DNA of 62,414 nucleotides from Minisyncoccota bacterium. GTDB taxonomy: Bacteria > Patescibacteriota > Minisyncoccia > Phycocordibacterales > UBA9973. The stretch spans positions 1 through 62,414 of the forward strand of contig JAGOPQ010000001.1 of NCBI GenBank assembly GCA_017991915.1, given 5' to 3'. A program made the translations under genes and the position numbers. Of the stretch, positions 8,847 through 18,784 are shown piece after piece; the stretch's first letter is position 1, and each line of letters opens with the position of its first letter. The notes beneath the pieces were generated by a model. That model saw only the letters and a program-made list of their open reading frames with translations, was not told the DNA's origin and searched no databases.

Positions 8847-9308
8847 ATGGTATTTTCTGATGACGTGTTGATACGAGTGGCGATTTTAATTTTGGGTTTG
8901 TGTGGTTTTGTCGTAGCTAGGCATATTCACAAACATAAAAATAATGAAGCTGCTCCACTAGTTTGCCCAATAAAGTTTGATTGTCATGGAGTAGTGCACA
9001 GTGATTATTCTACTTTTCTTGGAATTCATTTGGAGGTTTTAGGTATGTTTTATTACGGTCTCCTTTCTCTGGCTTATGCATTTTTTATTTTTTTGCCTAG
9101 TTCTATGCCGAGTCTGGTTGTAAATTTCATGATTGGTTTGTCCTTGGTGGCATTCCTCTTCTCTTTTTATTTGATGTCTTTATTGATTTTTGTACTCAAG
9201 AAAGCTTGTTCCTGGTGTATTGTGTCTGCTTTAATCTCTGCCACAATTTTTGTTTTAACTATCGCTACTTATCACTTTAGTTATATTGTCCAACTTTTCA
9301 TTCGCTAG
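8847..9308 (+). CDS. Vitamin K epoxide reductase (VKOR) family membrane protein
   Basis: Loop Cys pair (CPIKFDC) and CSWC redox motif in a multi-TM protein. ATG 8847 was chosen because the upstream part of the ORF overlaps the MGMT gene. Confidence 0.75.
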   Translation: MVFSDDVLIRVAILILGLCGFVVARHIHKHKNNEAAPLVCPIKFDCHGVVHSDYSTFLGIHLEVLGMFYYGLLSLAYAFFIFLPSSMPSLVVNFMIGLSLVAFLFSFYLMSLLIFVLKKACSWCIVSALISATIFVLTIATYHFSYIVQLFIR

Positions 9309-9362
9309 AAAAGTAAAAAAAGTAGCATTTATCTAATATTTTTGCTATAAATGATGACACAT

Positions 9363-9434
9363 GGTGGCTATGGTGTAGCGGTAGCACACGGGCTTGTGGA
9401 GCCCTTAGTCTGGGTTCAACTCCCAGTAGCCACC
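9363..9434 (+). tRNA. tRNA-His (anticodon GTG) with encoded G-1
   Basis: G-1:C73 extra pair, anticodon loop TTGTGGA, T arm CTGGG-TTCAACT-CCCAG. Confidence 0.85.
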
Positions 9435-9440
9435 CACGAA

Positions 9441-9836
9441 TTATTGTTTTTTGTGCGCATCTTCTTCAAGATGGGCAACTTGTTTTTCAACTCTACCTAG
9501 AGTTTCTTTTAGGTTTCGGAGTTGTGCCTCCTCGGTTTCTATTTCTTCTTCAGCTTTCTCGGTAAGTTTCTTTTCACCAATCAGCCCAGAAATGATTAAT
9601 CGATTTCCAACAAAGTCTGATACGAAAACACCAATCAAAAGAAGAATAATAGTTCCACCAACTAGTGATAGCCAAGAGCTTAGGCCAAAGTCGTCTGCGG
9701 TGTGCCAAACTCCGCGCCAGAATAGAACTATTCCAACACCACCAACCATCGCGTAGATGATGGGGTAGTGGCTCAATTTGCCTCTAATTTTGTCTTCTAG
9801 CTTGTCGAAAAATAATACAATCTTTTTTAATCTCAT
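9441..9836 (-). CDS. Hypothetical membrane protein with C-terminal coiled coil
   Basis: Two predicted TM helices followed by a charged EE/KK-rich tail. No family recognised. Confidence 0.55.
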   Translation of the reverse strand: MRLKKIVLFFDKLEDKIRGKLSHYPIIYAMVGGVGIVLFWRGVWHTADDFGLSSWLSLVGGTIILLLIGVFVSDFVGNRLIISGLIGEKKLTEKAEEEIETEEAQLRNLKETLGRVEKQVAHLEEDAHKKQ

Positions 9837-9873
9837 ATATAATAATCATAGCATATGTTATATTGAAGTTTTA

Positions 9874-10830
9874 ATGGACACGGAAATTGTAAAAATTACA
9901 GAAGAAAACTCACAAGAAAACTTAGATAGGGCTGGGGCGGTCATTCGTGCTGGGGGATTGGTAGTTTTTCCGACGGAGACTGTGTATGGGCTTGGAGCCA
10001 ATGCCCTAGATCCGGAAGTGCTATCAAAAATATTTCTAGCCAAAGGTAGGCCGAGTGACAACCCACTCATAATTCACGTTTGTGATTTACAGCAGTTGGC
10101 TAAATTGACTGACAATGTCTCCGAAATTGCTCAAAAATTGATAAATAAGTTTTGGCCAGGACCGCTGACTATTATTTTCCCCAAAAAGCCAGAAATTTCT
10201 GAAATTGTATCTGGGGGGCTAGATACCATCGCTGTGCGTATGCCCAAATTTGCAATTGCGCAACAATTGATAGAAAAAGCTGGCGTACCGATAGCTGCAC
10301 CATCGGCCAATATTTCTGGTCGTCCGAGTTCCACCAATGGAGCTACCGCATATGAAGATTTGATTGGCAAAGTAGATATGATTTTAGACGCGGGCGAGTC
10401 ACCGATTGGTGTTGAGTCAACTGTTGTAAAAATTTCAGCTGATAATGTTTCCATTTTACGCCCTGGGGCTGTCACCTTGGAGATGTTGGAAGAAGCTGTG
10501 AGCCCATTACCTGTTATTTTGGCAGTAGATAAAAAAGATTTAAACTCTTCACCAGGTACAAAGTACAAACACTATGCCCCAAACGCACCAATGCAGATAG
10601 TTCCGCGCGAAGAGATAGAAAGCTACGCCAATAAGCTCCGAGCAGAAGGGAAAAAAGTTGGCATTGCTCTTCAAAATGAAAGAACTTTAGAAGAAGTTTC
10701 GCAAAATTTATATAGTGCACTCCGATATTTTGATAATCACCCAGTTGATATAATTTTAGTACCAAGATTTACTGAAGAAGGATTGGGCTTGGCTATTATG
10801 GACCGTCTCAAGAGGGCTTCCACGGAATAA
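9874..10830 (+). CDS. L-threonylcarbamoyladenylate synthase (Sua5/YwlC/TsaC family, long form)
   Basis: VVFPTETVYGLGANA...GRPSDNPLIIHV motifs plus a C-terminal Sua5 domain. ATG 9874 is preferred over TTG 9778. Confidence 0.9.
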   Translation: MDTEIVKITEENSQENLDRAGAVIRAGGLVVFPTETVYGLGANALDPEVLSKIFLAKGRPSDNPLIIHVCDLQQLAKLTDNVSEIAQKLINKFWPGPLTIIFPKKPEISEIVSGGLDTIAVRMPKFAIAQQLIEKAGVPIAAPSANISGRPSSTNGATAYEDLIGKVDMILDAGESPIGVESTVVKISADNVSILRPGAVTLEMLEEAVSPLPVILAVDKKDLNSSPGTKYKHYAPNAPMQIVPREEIESYANKLRAEGKKVGIALQNERTLEEVSQNLYSALRYFDNHPVDIILVPRFTEEGLGLAIMDRLKRASTE

Positions 10831-10868
10831 ATTTAGAAGTCTAAGCATAATGTGTCATAATTGAAACC

Positions 10869-12143
10869 ATGGACGAACTTGAGAAGGACGCAAAAGAGTA
10901 TTGGAAAATTTTAGGTCCTGGACTAACTACTGGTGCTGCTGATGATGATCCGTCAGGTATTGCTACCTATTCTCAGATGGGTGCCCAAAGGGGTTTTGGC
11001 TTGATATGGCTCTCATTTTTTACTTATCCACTCATGGGTACAGTGCAAGAGATGTGCGCCCGTATTGGCTTGGCCACCGGAGCAGGGCTCGCCTCCAACA
11101 TAAAAAGACATTATTCTAAAAAGGTACTCTATGCTTGTACGTTGCTTTTGCTTTTTGCAAATGTGTTTAACATTGGGGCAGACTTGGGGGCAATGGCTCA
11201 AGGAGTTCAGCTTGTTTTTCCGGCTTTCAATTTTGCTTTTCTGGTTATTTTTTTCGCTTTGTTGTCTTTGGGTCTTCAGATTTTTATTTCTTACAAAGGT
11301 TACTCTAAATATTTAAAGTACTTAGCTTTGATACTCTTCGCATATGTTTTTTCTGCACTCTCCGTCAAAATGAATTGGGGGGAAGTTTTGCAAAGCGCAA
11401 TTATGCCAACAATTCAGTTTTCTAAAGATGAGGTCATATTGATCTGCGCGGCTCTCGGTACTACCATTAGCCCGTATCTTTTTTTCTGGCAGACTTCACA
11501 GGAAGTTGAAGAGCAGATTTTAAATGGAGAATCCACTGAAGAACAACGCAGATCTATGACAACATCAAAAGATATACGCCACATGCGGATTGATGTTTGG
11601 TCTGGGATGTTTGTGTCTAATTTAGTAATGTTCTTTATCATTGCCGCTTGTGCCGCCACACTGCATCAAGCGGGTATTACCAACATTCAAACAGCTGGTG
11701 ATGCGGCTATTGCCCTGCGTCCTTTTGCGGGTAATTTTGCATTTATATTGTTTGCCTTGGGTATTCTAGGAACTGGATTGTTGGCTATTCCGGTATTGGC
11801 AGGTTCGGCTTCATATGCGGTCTCTGAATCATTTGGTTGGAAGCTGGGGCTCAACAGGAAGCTTAAAGAAGCTAGAGCATTTTATGGAGTTATAGTTGTG
11901 GCAATGATTTTGGGAATAATTTTAAATTTTATTGGACTTGATCCAATCAAAACCCTTATATATTCAGCAGTTTTGAATGGAATTATTTCCCCTATAATTT
12001 TATTCTTAATCGTTCGCATAAGTGGAAACGGTGATATTATGGGTCAGTTTAAAAACAATAAGCTCAGTAGTATTTTTGGCTGGCTCACAGTGATAATCAT
12101 GTTTGTGGTTAGTCTCACAGCCATCGTCTTTCTTTTAATTTAG
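10869..12143 (+). CDS. NRAMP-family divalent metal cation transporter
   Basis: GPGLTTGAADDDPSGIATYSQ motif; about 11 TM segments. Confidence 0.85.
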   Translation: MDELEKDAKEYWKILGPGLTTGAADDDPSGIATYSQMGAQRGFGLIWLSFFTYPLMGTVQEMCARIGLATGAGLASNIKRHYSKKVLYACTLLLLFANVFNIGADLGAMAQGVQLVFPAFNFAFLVIFFALLSLGLQIFISYKGYSKYLKYLALILFAYVFSALSVKMNWGEVLQSAIMPTIQFSKDEVILICAALGTTISPYLFFWQTSQEVEEQILNGESTEEQRRSMTTSKDIRHMRIDVWSGMFVSNLVMFFIIAACAATLHQAGITNIQTAGDAAIALRPFAGNFAFILFALGILGTGLLAIPVLAGSASYAVSESFGWKLGLNRKLKEARAFYGVIVVAMILGIILNFIGLDPIKTLIYSAVLNGIISPIILFLIVRISGNGDIMGQFKNNKLSSIFGWLTVIIMFVVSLTAIVFLLI

Positions 12144-12165
12144 TATTCATATACTATTCATTTAT

Positions 12166-13179
12166 ATGAATATAATTCCTGACTATGATCTCACATCATT
12201 AAACACACTTGGTGTCCATGCCAAGGCGGATTTCTTTGTCGAGATTTCAAACGAGCAGGATTTAAAAGAACTTTTTTCTTCCTCAGAATTCAGGAATCAG
12301 CCAAAGCTTTTTCTTGGCGGTGGGAGCAATCTACTTTTTACCAAAGATTTTGCAGGCATGGTGGTTTTAAATAAATTGAAAGGAATTGAAATCCTAAACG
12401 AAGAAGGGGACACTGTTTTGGTTAAAAGTATGGGTGGAGAGGGATGGCAGGATTTAGTTATTTTTACGGTTTTGCGCGGATACTGGGGCTTGGAAAACCT
12501 GTCTTTGATTCCAGGCACAGTAGGCGCAGCCCCAATGCAGAACATAGGGGCATATGGAGTCGAGTTAAAGAATGTTTTAGAAAATGTCGAAGCTTTTGAT
12601 GTGGAGACTGGAGCCAAAAGAATCTTTTCTAAAGGAGAATGCGAGCTCGGATACAGAGAAAGCATTTTCAAGAACAGCTTAAAGGGAAAATATTTTATAT
12701 CTGCGATCACTATCAAGTTGAGCAAAGTAGAAAAAAAGAATATAGGATATAAGGTTCTAAAAGAATATTTAGAAAAAAATAATATTGAAGTAAAAAATCC
12801 GAAGGATATCAGTGATGCTGTTTCTGAAATTCGCCGAAGTAAATTGCCCGACCCAAAGGTGTTGGGAAACGCTGGTTCTTTTTTTAAAAATGTATTTGTA
12901 TCTGAGCACAAGCTAAATGAAATATTGAAGCAATACCCAAATGTTCCATATTTCGGAGAAGATGGAGTAGTCAAAATACCGGCTGGTTGGCTGATTGAAC
13001 AATCCGGATGGAATGGTAAAAGAGTAGGCAACGTCGGAGTACACGACAAACAAGCACTAGTGATAGTAAACCACGGAGGCGCCACTGGGCCAGAGATACA
13101 AAGTCTAGCAATGGAAATAATTGGCGATGTCTTTTCAAAATTTGGATTGAAGCTAACCCCAGAAGTGAATTTTATTTAA
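12166..13179 (+). CDS. murB: UDP-N-acetylenolpyruvoylglucosamine reductase
   Basis: FAD-binding GGGSNLLF motif and a C-terminal MurB domain (AGWLIEQSG). Confidence 0.9.
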   Translation: MNIIPDYDLTSLNTLGVHAKADFFVEISNEQDLKELFSSSEFRNQPKLFLGGGSNLLFTKDFAGMVVLNKLKGIEILNEEGDTVLVKSMGGEGWQDLVIFTVLRGYWGLENLSLIPGTVGAAPMQNIGAYGVELKNVLENVEAFDVETGAKRIFSKGECELGYRESIFKNSLKGKYFISAITIKLSKVEKKNIGYKVLKEYLEKNNIEVKNPKDISDAVSEIRRSKLPDPKVLGNAGSFFKNVFVSEHKLNEILKQYPNVPYFGEDGVVKIPAGWLIEQSGWNGKRVGNVGVHDKQALVIVNHGGATGPEIQSLAMEIIGDVFSKFGLKLTPEVNFI

Positions 13180-13207
13180 ATTTTTTTAGTCGTGGTACAA
13201 TATTAGT

Positions 13208-14182
13208 ATGAAAAAATCCATTCTAGTTGGTGGAACAATAATTTCTCTACTTGTTTTAATTTTTCTGGTATATTTTTTTGTTCGAGGAAACAAACCCGAC
13301 GATTTAAACTCTACTAGAAATAAACTTCAAAGTGATTTGGCTATTGCTCAAAGTAAATTAGCTAATGAAAAGAATAAATTGGATTCTATGTTGGATAGTT
13401 TAAAGCAATCCTTTTCCTTGGCAGTGAGTGTGCAAGATCAAATGCGACAAGCCACCGATGTGGTAAACAGAACAAACTTTATGTTCCATGACCCAAATGG
13501 AGCAAGCCCTGAATTGATAGTAAAGAATCCGCTCCAAAATATACCCATAAATGATCAAAGAAAAAATATAAACTCTTTACTGACTGATTGGCGTACAAAA
13601 CTCAGTCTTTCTTCTTTAAAACTCATAGACGTGGCGGAAAGTGAAAGAATAAAGAAGAATACTGAAACGATACAGCAATATCTGGAATCCCTGCACCAAA
13701 TTGCGGATAAACTTACCCCTGAGAATTCAGATCTTTCCCAGTATCAAATAGATATATATAAACAAAATTTGCCGGCTGTTGAGGAAGTAAAACAAATCAT
13801 CAGCAACATAGATGCAGCGATTCAAAATGCCCAGAATGGTAATTCTCAATCTAGTGGTTCTACTGGTAATTCTGGAAACTCAACGTCATCTGGATCTCAA
13901 AATCCTCCAGTAACCCCAGAAGATGTGATTGACCAACAAAACACCGTAGATGATGGTCAAGACCAAGTAGATACCATTCAAAACCAAATTGACCAAATAG
14001 ATCAACAGACCGAGACTCCGCCACCGACTGTTCCACCAGTAGAGACCCCACCCGAAACTCCTGTGGCTGAAACAGAGAATAATACTGTAAATTATGGGGT
14101 TCGTCGTACTATTGATAAAAACCAAGGAATCATAGTTCAGCCCGGCCCTGCCCAGCTCATACCCGGTACTGACCCATACTAG
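13208..14182 (+). CDS. Hypothetical membrane-anchored protein with low-complexity S/G/N/Q/P-rich C-terminus
   Basis: N-terminal TM helix, a coiled-coil region, then SGSTGNSGNSTSSGS and PPPTVPPVETPPETP tracts. Confidence 0.55.
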   Translation: MKKSILVGGTIISLLVLIFLVYFFVRGNKPDDLNSTRNKLQSDLAIAQSKLANEKNKLDSMLDSLKQSFSLAVSVQDQMRQATDVVNRTNFMFHDPNGASPELIVKNPLQNIPINDQRKNINSLLTDWRTKLSLSSLKLIDVAESERIKKNTETIQQYLESLHQIADKLTPENSDLSQYQIDIYKQNLPAVEEVKQIISNIDAAIQNAQNGNSQSSGSTGNSGNSTSSGSQNPPVTPEDVIDQQNTVDDGQDQVDTIQNQIDQIDQQTETPPPTVPPVETPPETPVAETENNTVNYGVRRTIDKNQGIIVQPGPAQLIPGTDPY

Positions 14183-14249
14183 AGTGCAATTTTACTTTAA
14201 TACTCGTCGCATGTTAATATAAAAATATTAACAGTAATAGAATTTTAAA

Positions 14250-15083
14250 ATGGAAAATATGAACAATATACCAAGTGAATATGTGAAGAATTTATATCGA
14301 GCGGTTTTAGCTTTTCTAGTTGTTTTAGCTTTGTTTTTTGCAGTTAGAGTTGTAGGAGAATTTAGAAATTTCAGCACTGTTGGAAACAAAGATGCAAATA
14401 CTATAACCATAACTGGTCATGGTGAGGTTCAGGCTGTTCCTGATATTGCCAATGTTTACTTCACTATCCGTAAGGATGGTAAGACAGTAAAAGAGGCCCA
14501 AGATGCTGTAGTGGTGGTTGAAAAAAGCGCCCTGGCTTTCTTGAAAGATAATAAAGTTGATGAGAAAGATATCAAGACTACGAATGCTTCCTTTAATCCA
14601 AAGTATGAAACCAAGAGAACTTTATGCCCGCAGACAGCGGTGATGGGTGGATTGGTTGCTCCATCTTACTACTGTGGAGATGGTAAACAAGTTATAACTG
14701 GTTACGAAGCCTATGAGAGTATTACGGTAAAACTTCGCAACCCTGACGATGCAGGTAAGGTTATGCAAGGTTTAGGTACTCTCGGAGTTACTGACTTGAG
14801 TGGTCCAAATTTCGCGATTGACAAGGAAGACGACCTAAAGGCTCAAGCTCGCAAGGAAGCTATCGAAGACGCTAATACCAAAGCTAAGGCTCTAGCTAAA
14901 GACTTGGGAGTTAGACTTGGACACGTGGCAAGCTTTAGTGAATCTGGTAATTATCCAATGATGTATGCCGTGAAAACTGAAGCTATGGATGCTTTTGGAG
15001 GATCAGTTTCCAATCCAGCCCAACTACCAAAGGGTGAAAACACAATCAGTTCTGATGTGACCATAACCTATCAAATAAACTAA
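14250..15083 (+). CDS. SIMPL-domain (DUF541) secreted/periplasmic protein
   Basis: ITITGHGEVQAVPDIA... start of the SIMPL fold, preceded by an N-terminal TM/signal anchor. Confidence 0.75.
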   Translation: MENMNNIPSEYVKNLYRAVLAFLVVLALFFAVRVVGEFRNFSTVGNKDANTITITGHGEVQAVPDIANVYFTIRKDGKTVKEAQDAVVVVEKSALAFLKDNKVDEKDIKTTNASFNPKYETKRTLCPQTAVMGGLVAPSYYCGDGKQVITGYEAYESITVKLRNPDDAGKVMQGLGTLGVTDLSGPNFAIDKEDDLKAQARKEAIEDANTKAKALAKDLGVRLGHVASFSESGNYPMMYAVKTEAMDAFGGSVSNPAQLPKGENTISSDVTITYQIN

Positions 15084-15130
15084 AGAAAGGTCTATTTGAC
15101 TAATTAGCTAAAAAAGAGTAAGATTAAAAG

Positions 15131-15151
15131 AGCCCTGAGAGGGGCTTTTTT
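15131..15151 (+). terminator. Intrinsic terminator downstream of the SIMPL gene
   Basis: AGCCC(T)-GAGA-GGGGCT hairpin followed by T6. Confidence 0.65.
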
Positions 15152-15177
15152 AAGAGGGTTTAAAAATTTTTTAATTT

Positions 15178-15363
15178 ATGTCAAAAATAACTGAGTACTT
15201 AAAGGAGACAAAAACAGAATCAAGGCATGTGATTTGGCCATCCCGAGCCCAAACTATTTTCTATACCTTGATAGTTGTGGTTTTATCTATAGTCATCGCT
15301 TACTTATTGGGTTTGTTTGATTTTATTTTCTCAAAAGGTTTAGAAAAAATAATTTCTCTATAA
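15178..15363 (+). CDS. secE: Preprotein translocase subunit SecE
   Basis: 61 aa with a single TM helix, positioned directly upstream of nusG. Confidence 0.85.
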   Translation: MSKITEYLKETKTESRHVIWPSRAQTIFYTLIVVVLSIVIAYLLGLFDFIFSKGLEKIISL

Positions 15364-15388
15364 TCTTTTGGATTTTTTAAATTAATTT

Positions 15389-15934
15389 ATGTCAAAACAA
15401 GAAACACAAGGAGCTAGAAACTGGTACGCGATTCATACCTATGCAGGATATGAGAACGTGGTGCTTCGTAACTTGAAACAGCGTATTGATTCTCTTGGAA
15501 TGCACGACAAGATCTTTAACGTTATCGTTCCTATTGAAAAGAAGGTTAAAATCAAAGGCGGAAAGCGCGTGGAAGTAGAAGAAAAGATTTACCCTGGATA
15601 CGTGCTCGTGGATATGATAGTGACTGACGATTCTTGGTACGTAGTTCGCAATACTCCTAGAGTGACTGGATTCGTTGGTGCTGGTGTGAATCCTGTTCCA
15701 CTTCGACAAGATGAAGTAGATTACTTGTTCAAGAAAATGGATGCGGGTACTGTAAAACACAACATTGATATGACTATCGGTGAGACTGTGCTCATAGTAG
15801 ATGGACCATTTAAGGAGTTGGAAGGTAAGGTTAACTCGGTAGATTCTGAACGTGGTAAGGTAAAAGTATTGGTTTCAATGTTTGGTCGCGAAACCCCAGT
15901 AGAATTGGACTTCTTGCAAATCAAGAAGATTTAA
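15389..15934 (+). CDS. nusG: Transcription termination/antitermination factor NusG
   Basis: WYAIHTYAGYE NGN domain and a C-terminal KOW domain. Confidence 0.95.
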   Translation: MSKQETQGARNWYAIHTYAGYENVVLRNLKQRIDSLGMHDKIFNVIVPIEKKVKIKGGKRVEVEEKIYPGYVLVDMIVTDDSWYVVRNTPRVTGFVGAGVNPVPLRQDEVDYLFKKMDAGTVKHNIDMTIGETVLIVDGPFKELEGKVNSVDSERGKVKVLVSMFGRETPVELDFLQIKKI

Positions 15935-15963
15935 GTTAATCTGTAAACTCAAAGACAAATTAT

Positions 15964-16386
15964 ATGGCAAAGAAAATAACAAAGAAAATAAAGCTACAAA
16001 TTCAGGCCGCAAAGGCTACTCCAGCTCCACCACTAGGTCCAGCGCTTGGACAGGCAGGTATCAACATCGGTGACTTCGTTACCAAGTTCAATGCTGCTAC
16101 CAAGGACATGGCGGGGGACAAGGTTGGTGTATCTATCACTGTATACGAAGACCGAACCTATGATTTCGTCGTGAAGACTCCTCCAGTTACTGGACTTATC
16201 TTGAAAGCTGCAGGTGTGGAGAAAGGTTCTGGTACAAATGCTTCTACCAAGGTTGGTAAAATCACCCGAGCTCAAGCCCTAGAAATTGCTAAGAAGAAAA
16301 TGAAGGACTTGAATGCAAAGGATGATGAGGGAGCAATCAATATCGTAGCCGGCTCTGCTCGAAGTATGGGTATTGAAGTTAAATAA
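15964..16386 (+). CDS. rplK: 50S ribosomal protein L11
   Basis: [11 protein letters not shown](A)GINI motif. Confidence 0.97.
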   Translation: MAKKITKKIKLQIQAAKATPAPPLGPALGQAGINIGDFVTKFNAATKDMAGDKVGVSITVYEDRTYDFVVKTPPVTGLILKAAGVEKGSGTNASTKVGKITRAQALEIAKKKMKDLNAKDDEGAINIVAGSARSMGIEVK

Positions 16387-16411
16387 ATAATTTAAATTTT
16401 AAACAAGAAAG

Positions 16412-16438
16412 GCCAATACGAAAGTGTTGGCTTTTTTT
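16412..16438 (+). terminator. Intrinsic terminator after rplK
   Basis: GCCAATA-CGAAAG-TGTTGGC hairpin followed by T7. No rplA follows. Confidence 0.7.
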
Positions 16439-16462
16439 GTTTTTCGGTAGTATATTTAAGGA

Positions 16463-16969
16463 ATGAAAAAGGCTGGGGTTAAGGTAAATAAAACCAAAAG
16501 ACCTTCTTGGGATGAGTATTTTTTACAGCTTGCAGTGCTTGTCGGCACACGTGGTACTTGCGATAGAGGGCACGCTGGCACAGTTATTACAAAAGATAAA
16601 AGAATTCTTACTACTGGATATGTAGGCTCACCAGCTGGTTTGCCTCATTGTGATGAGGTGGGTCATGAAATGCACAGTGTTACAAATACAGACGGCACTG
16701 TTAGTCAGCATTGTATTCGTACTGCTCATGCAGAACAAAACGCGATTAATAATGCAGCTCGTTCTGGTGTAGCGTTGATGGGTGCAACAATGTACACCAA
16801 GATGACTCCTTGTTACAAGTGCGCACAGAGCATTGTGAATGTTGGTATTGTGCGTGTAGTATGTCAAAATGATTATCACGCAGGTAAAAATGCTAAAGAT
16901 ATGTTTAAAAAAGCAAAAATAAAATTTGAAATTATAAATAAGGAAATAGAAAAATATAAAAACCAGTAA
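16463..16969 (+). CDS. dCMP deaminase (ComEB-like)
   Basis: HAEQNAI zinc motif and PCYKCA motif. Confidence 0.9.
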   Translation: MKKAGVKVNKTKRPSWDEYFLQLAVLVGTRGTCDRGHAGTVITKDKRILTTGYVGSPAGLPHCDEVGHEMHSVTNTDGTVSQHCIRTAHAEQNAINNAARSGVALMGATMYTKMTPCYKCAQSIVNVGIVRVVCQNDYHAGKNAKDMFKKAKIKFEIINKEIEKYKNQ

Positions 16970-16973
16970 TTTT

Positions 16974-17300
16974 ATGGTTGATCTAAAAGAAATACAAAAA
17001 GCAGTAATGGAAAATAGAAAAGAGAAGGGTTTTCATAGTGATGTGACTCATGATTTTTGCCGTGCTTATGAAGAACTCTCTGAAGCTTTTGCAAAATACA
17101 ATCGAGGTCAACCAGGGATGGCTGAAGAGTTTGCAGACGTAGTGATATTCCTTTTAGGTATGTGTGATCAGCTTGGATTTGACCTAGAAAAAGAAATTGT
17201 AAATAAAGTAGAAAAAAATAAAAAGCGTCAATATACAAAATCCAAGTCTCCAGACGGAAAAGACATTTTCATTCGTATAAAAACTGACGAGGATCCTTAG
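16974..17300 (+). CDS. MazG-like nucleoside triphosphate pyrophosphohydrolase
   Basis: EELSEA...EEFADVVIFLL EExxE/D motifs; 108 aa. Confidence 0.8.
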   Translation: MVDLKEIQKAVMENRKEKGFHSDVTHDFCRAYEELSEAFAKYNRGQPGMAEEFADVVIFLLGMCDQLGFDLEKEIVNKVEKNKKRQYTKSKSPDGKDIFIRIKTDEDP

Positions 17301-17806
17301 AAGAATCTTTCGTAAACAGAAAAGGTGTAAGCAAAGGGATTTTTTTCATCCGCTTTGTGCTCTTCGTGTGAGGTTTCATTCCAAACGATTGGTACTATTT
17401 CTGGGAAATATGTATCCGCATCTTTGTCTTCCATGTCTACATGAGTTATGTAGAGTCTGCCTGCTTCTTCCATGCTTTGTTTGTATATTTGGCCACCGCC
17501 CATGACGAATACCTCCTCTTCACTATCTTTAAAGGAGTCCAGAGTATCTTCTAGAGAATAAGAAATTTCTATGCCGTCAGCGTTGAAAGCCTTGTCTTGG
17601 GTCAGGACTATATTTCGGCGGTTTGGTAATGGCTTACTGTCCATAGATTCAAAGGTTTTCTGGCCCATTATCACTGTATGTCCTCGAGTAGTATCTCGAA
17701 AATGCTTCATGTCTTCAGGCATATTCCAGAGAAGAGTGTTCTTTTTTCCGAGTTCGTTATTTTTACCTATGGCCGCAATGATTGAAATCATAAATTTATA
17801 TAGCAA
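17297..17806 (-). CDS. folA: Dihydrofolate reductase
   Basis: IAAIGKNNELGKKNTLLWNMPEDMKHF and VIMGQKTFES motifs. Confidence 0.93.
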   Translation of the reverse strand: MLYKFMISIIAAIGKNNELGKKNTLLWNMPEDMKHFRDTTRGHTVIMGQKTFESMDSKPLPNRRNIVLTQDKAFNADGIEISYSLEDTLDSFKDSEEEVFVMGGGQIYKQSMEEAGRLYITHVDMEDKDADTYFPEIVPIVWNETSHEEHKADEKNPFAYTFSVYERFF

Positions 17807-18668
17807 TAGGAAGGGGGATTCTTTCGTAACTTTGGTAATCTAAAATTTTCGTATCTTCTGCCTTCCAATCAAAAATTGATTTCCAATTTTCCGTTTCTAT
17901 TTTTGGGAGTGGGTATTTATTTGGATCACGTGAAAGTTGTTCTCTTGCTCCTTCCACGTGTTTATCAAATAGATGCACATCTGCCAAAAATCCCACCAAT
18001 CGTCCTTCCTGGAGTCCTGCTTCTTTGGCCAGCAAGTGAAGTAGTAGTGCGTAGCTTGCTATATTAAAAGGTAGCCCGAGCATTGTATCAACAGAACGTT
18101 GATTCCATAGTAAGTTTAATTTTCCATCAATAACAGTTACTTGGAAGGAGTAGTGACATGGCGGTAGACCCATTTCTTCAAGCTGAAGTGGGTTCCACGC
18201 ACTTACTATCATTCTTCTGTTTCTTGGTTCTTTCTTTAGAATTTCGATAAGTCTTTTTAGTTGGTCAAATCCCTTGCCAGTATAGTCTGTATCATAACTT
18301 TCATATTGCGCATTGAAGTGTCGCCATTGGAATCCATAGATTGGACCCAAGTCTCTTTCTTCAAGCATCCTCTTTTTGGATGCTTCGTCGTGGCCGTACG
18401 GTGCCTTCTTTGGTGCAGCCCACTCATCCCAAATATGGTTATTTCTTTCTATGAGCCATTGCTTATCAGTAATCCCATTTATGAAAAATTCTAGTTCAGT
18501 AGCAATTAATCGGAAAGGCATTTTCTTGGTAGTTAAAAGGGGGAATCCCTTGGACATATCATGTTCAAAAAAAGCACCAGCTGTGGTGTATGCATCCCAA
18601 CCTTGGCGAGTAGGAACCTTAGTTCCGTTTTCTAAAGTATTTTTTATTATGTCTAGATAGGCTTTCAT
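17796..18668 (-). CDS. thyA: Thymidylate synthase (ThyA)
   Basis: MKAYLDII start and PPCHYSFQV active-site region. ATG 18668 is preferred; an upstream TTG at 18692 is an alternative. Confidence 0.93.
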   Translation of the reverse strand: MKAYLDIIKNTLENGTKVPTRQGWDAYTTAGAFFEHDMSKGFPLLTTKKMPFRLIATELEFFINGITDKQWLIERNNHIWDEWAAPKKAPYGHDEASKKRMLEERDLGPIYGFQWRHFNAQYESYDTDYTGKGFDQLKRLIEILKKEPRNRRMIVSAWNPLQLEEMGLPPCHYSFQVTVIDGKLNLLWNQRSVDTMLGLPFNIASYALLLHLLAKEAGLQEGRLVGFLADVHLFDKHVEGAREQLSRDPNKYPLPKIETENWKSIFDWKAEDTKILDYQSYERIPLPIAI

Positions 18669-18784
18669 GTTTCCATTATAACCTTTATTCAATGCTTCAC
18701 AAATTTGACAAAATAAGCATAGAATGCTATTCTAGAAACATCATTCTCATCTATTACATAACGTATTGGGAGTGACCCAATATT

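Noticed and set aside
12297-13085. 262-aa ORF antisense to murB
   Set aside because: Lies entirely within a confidently identified gene on the other strand. The translation is Ser/Pro/Phe/Lys-rich and low-complexity, typical of an antisense frame.
15090-15125. Promoter-like TTGACT-17-TAAGAT upstream of the terminator hairpin after the SIMPL gene
   Set aside because: It lies between a stop codon and that gene's own terminator. In AT-rich DNA such matches arise easily, and no downstream gene would be served before the terminator.
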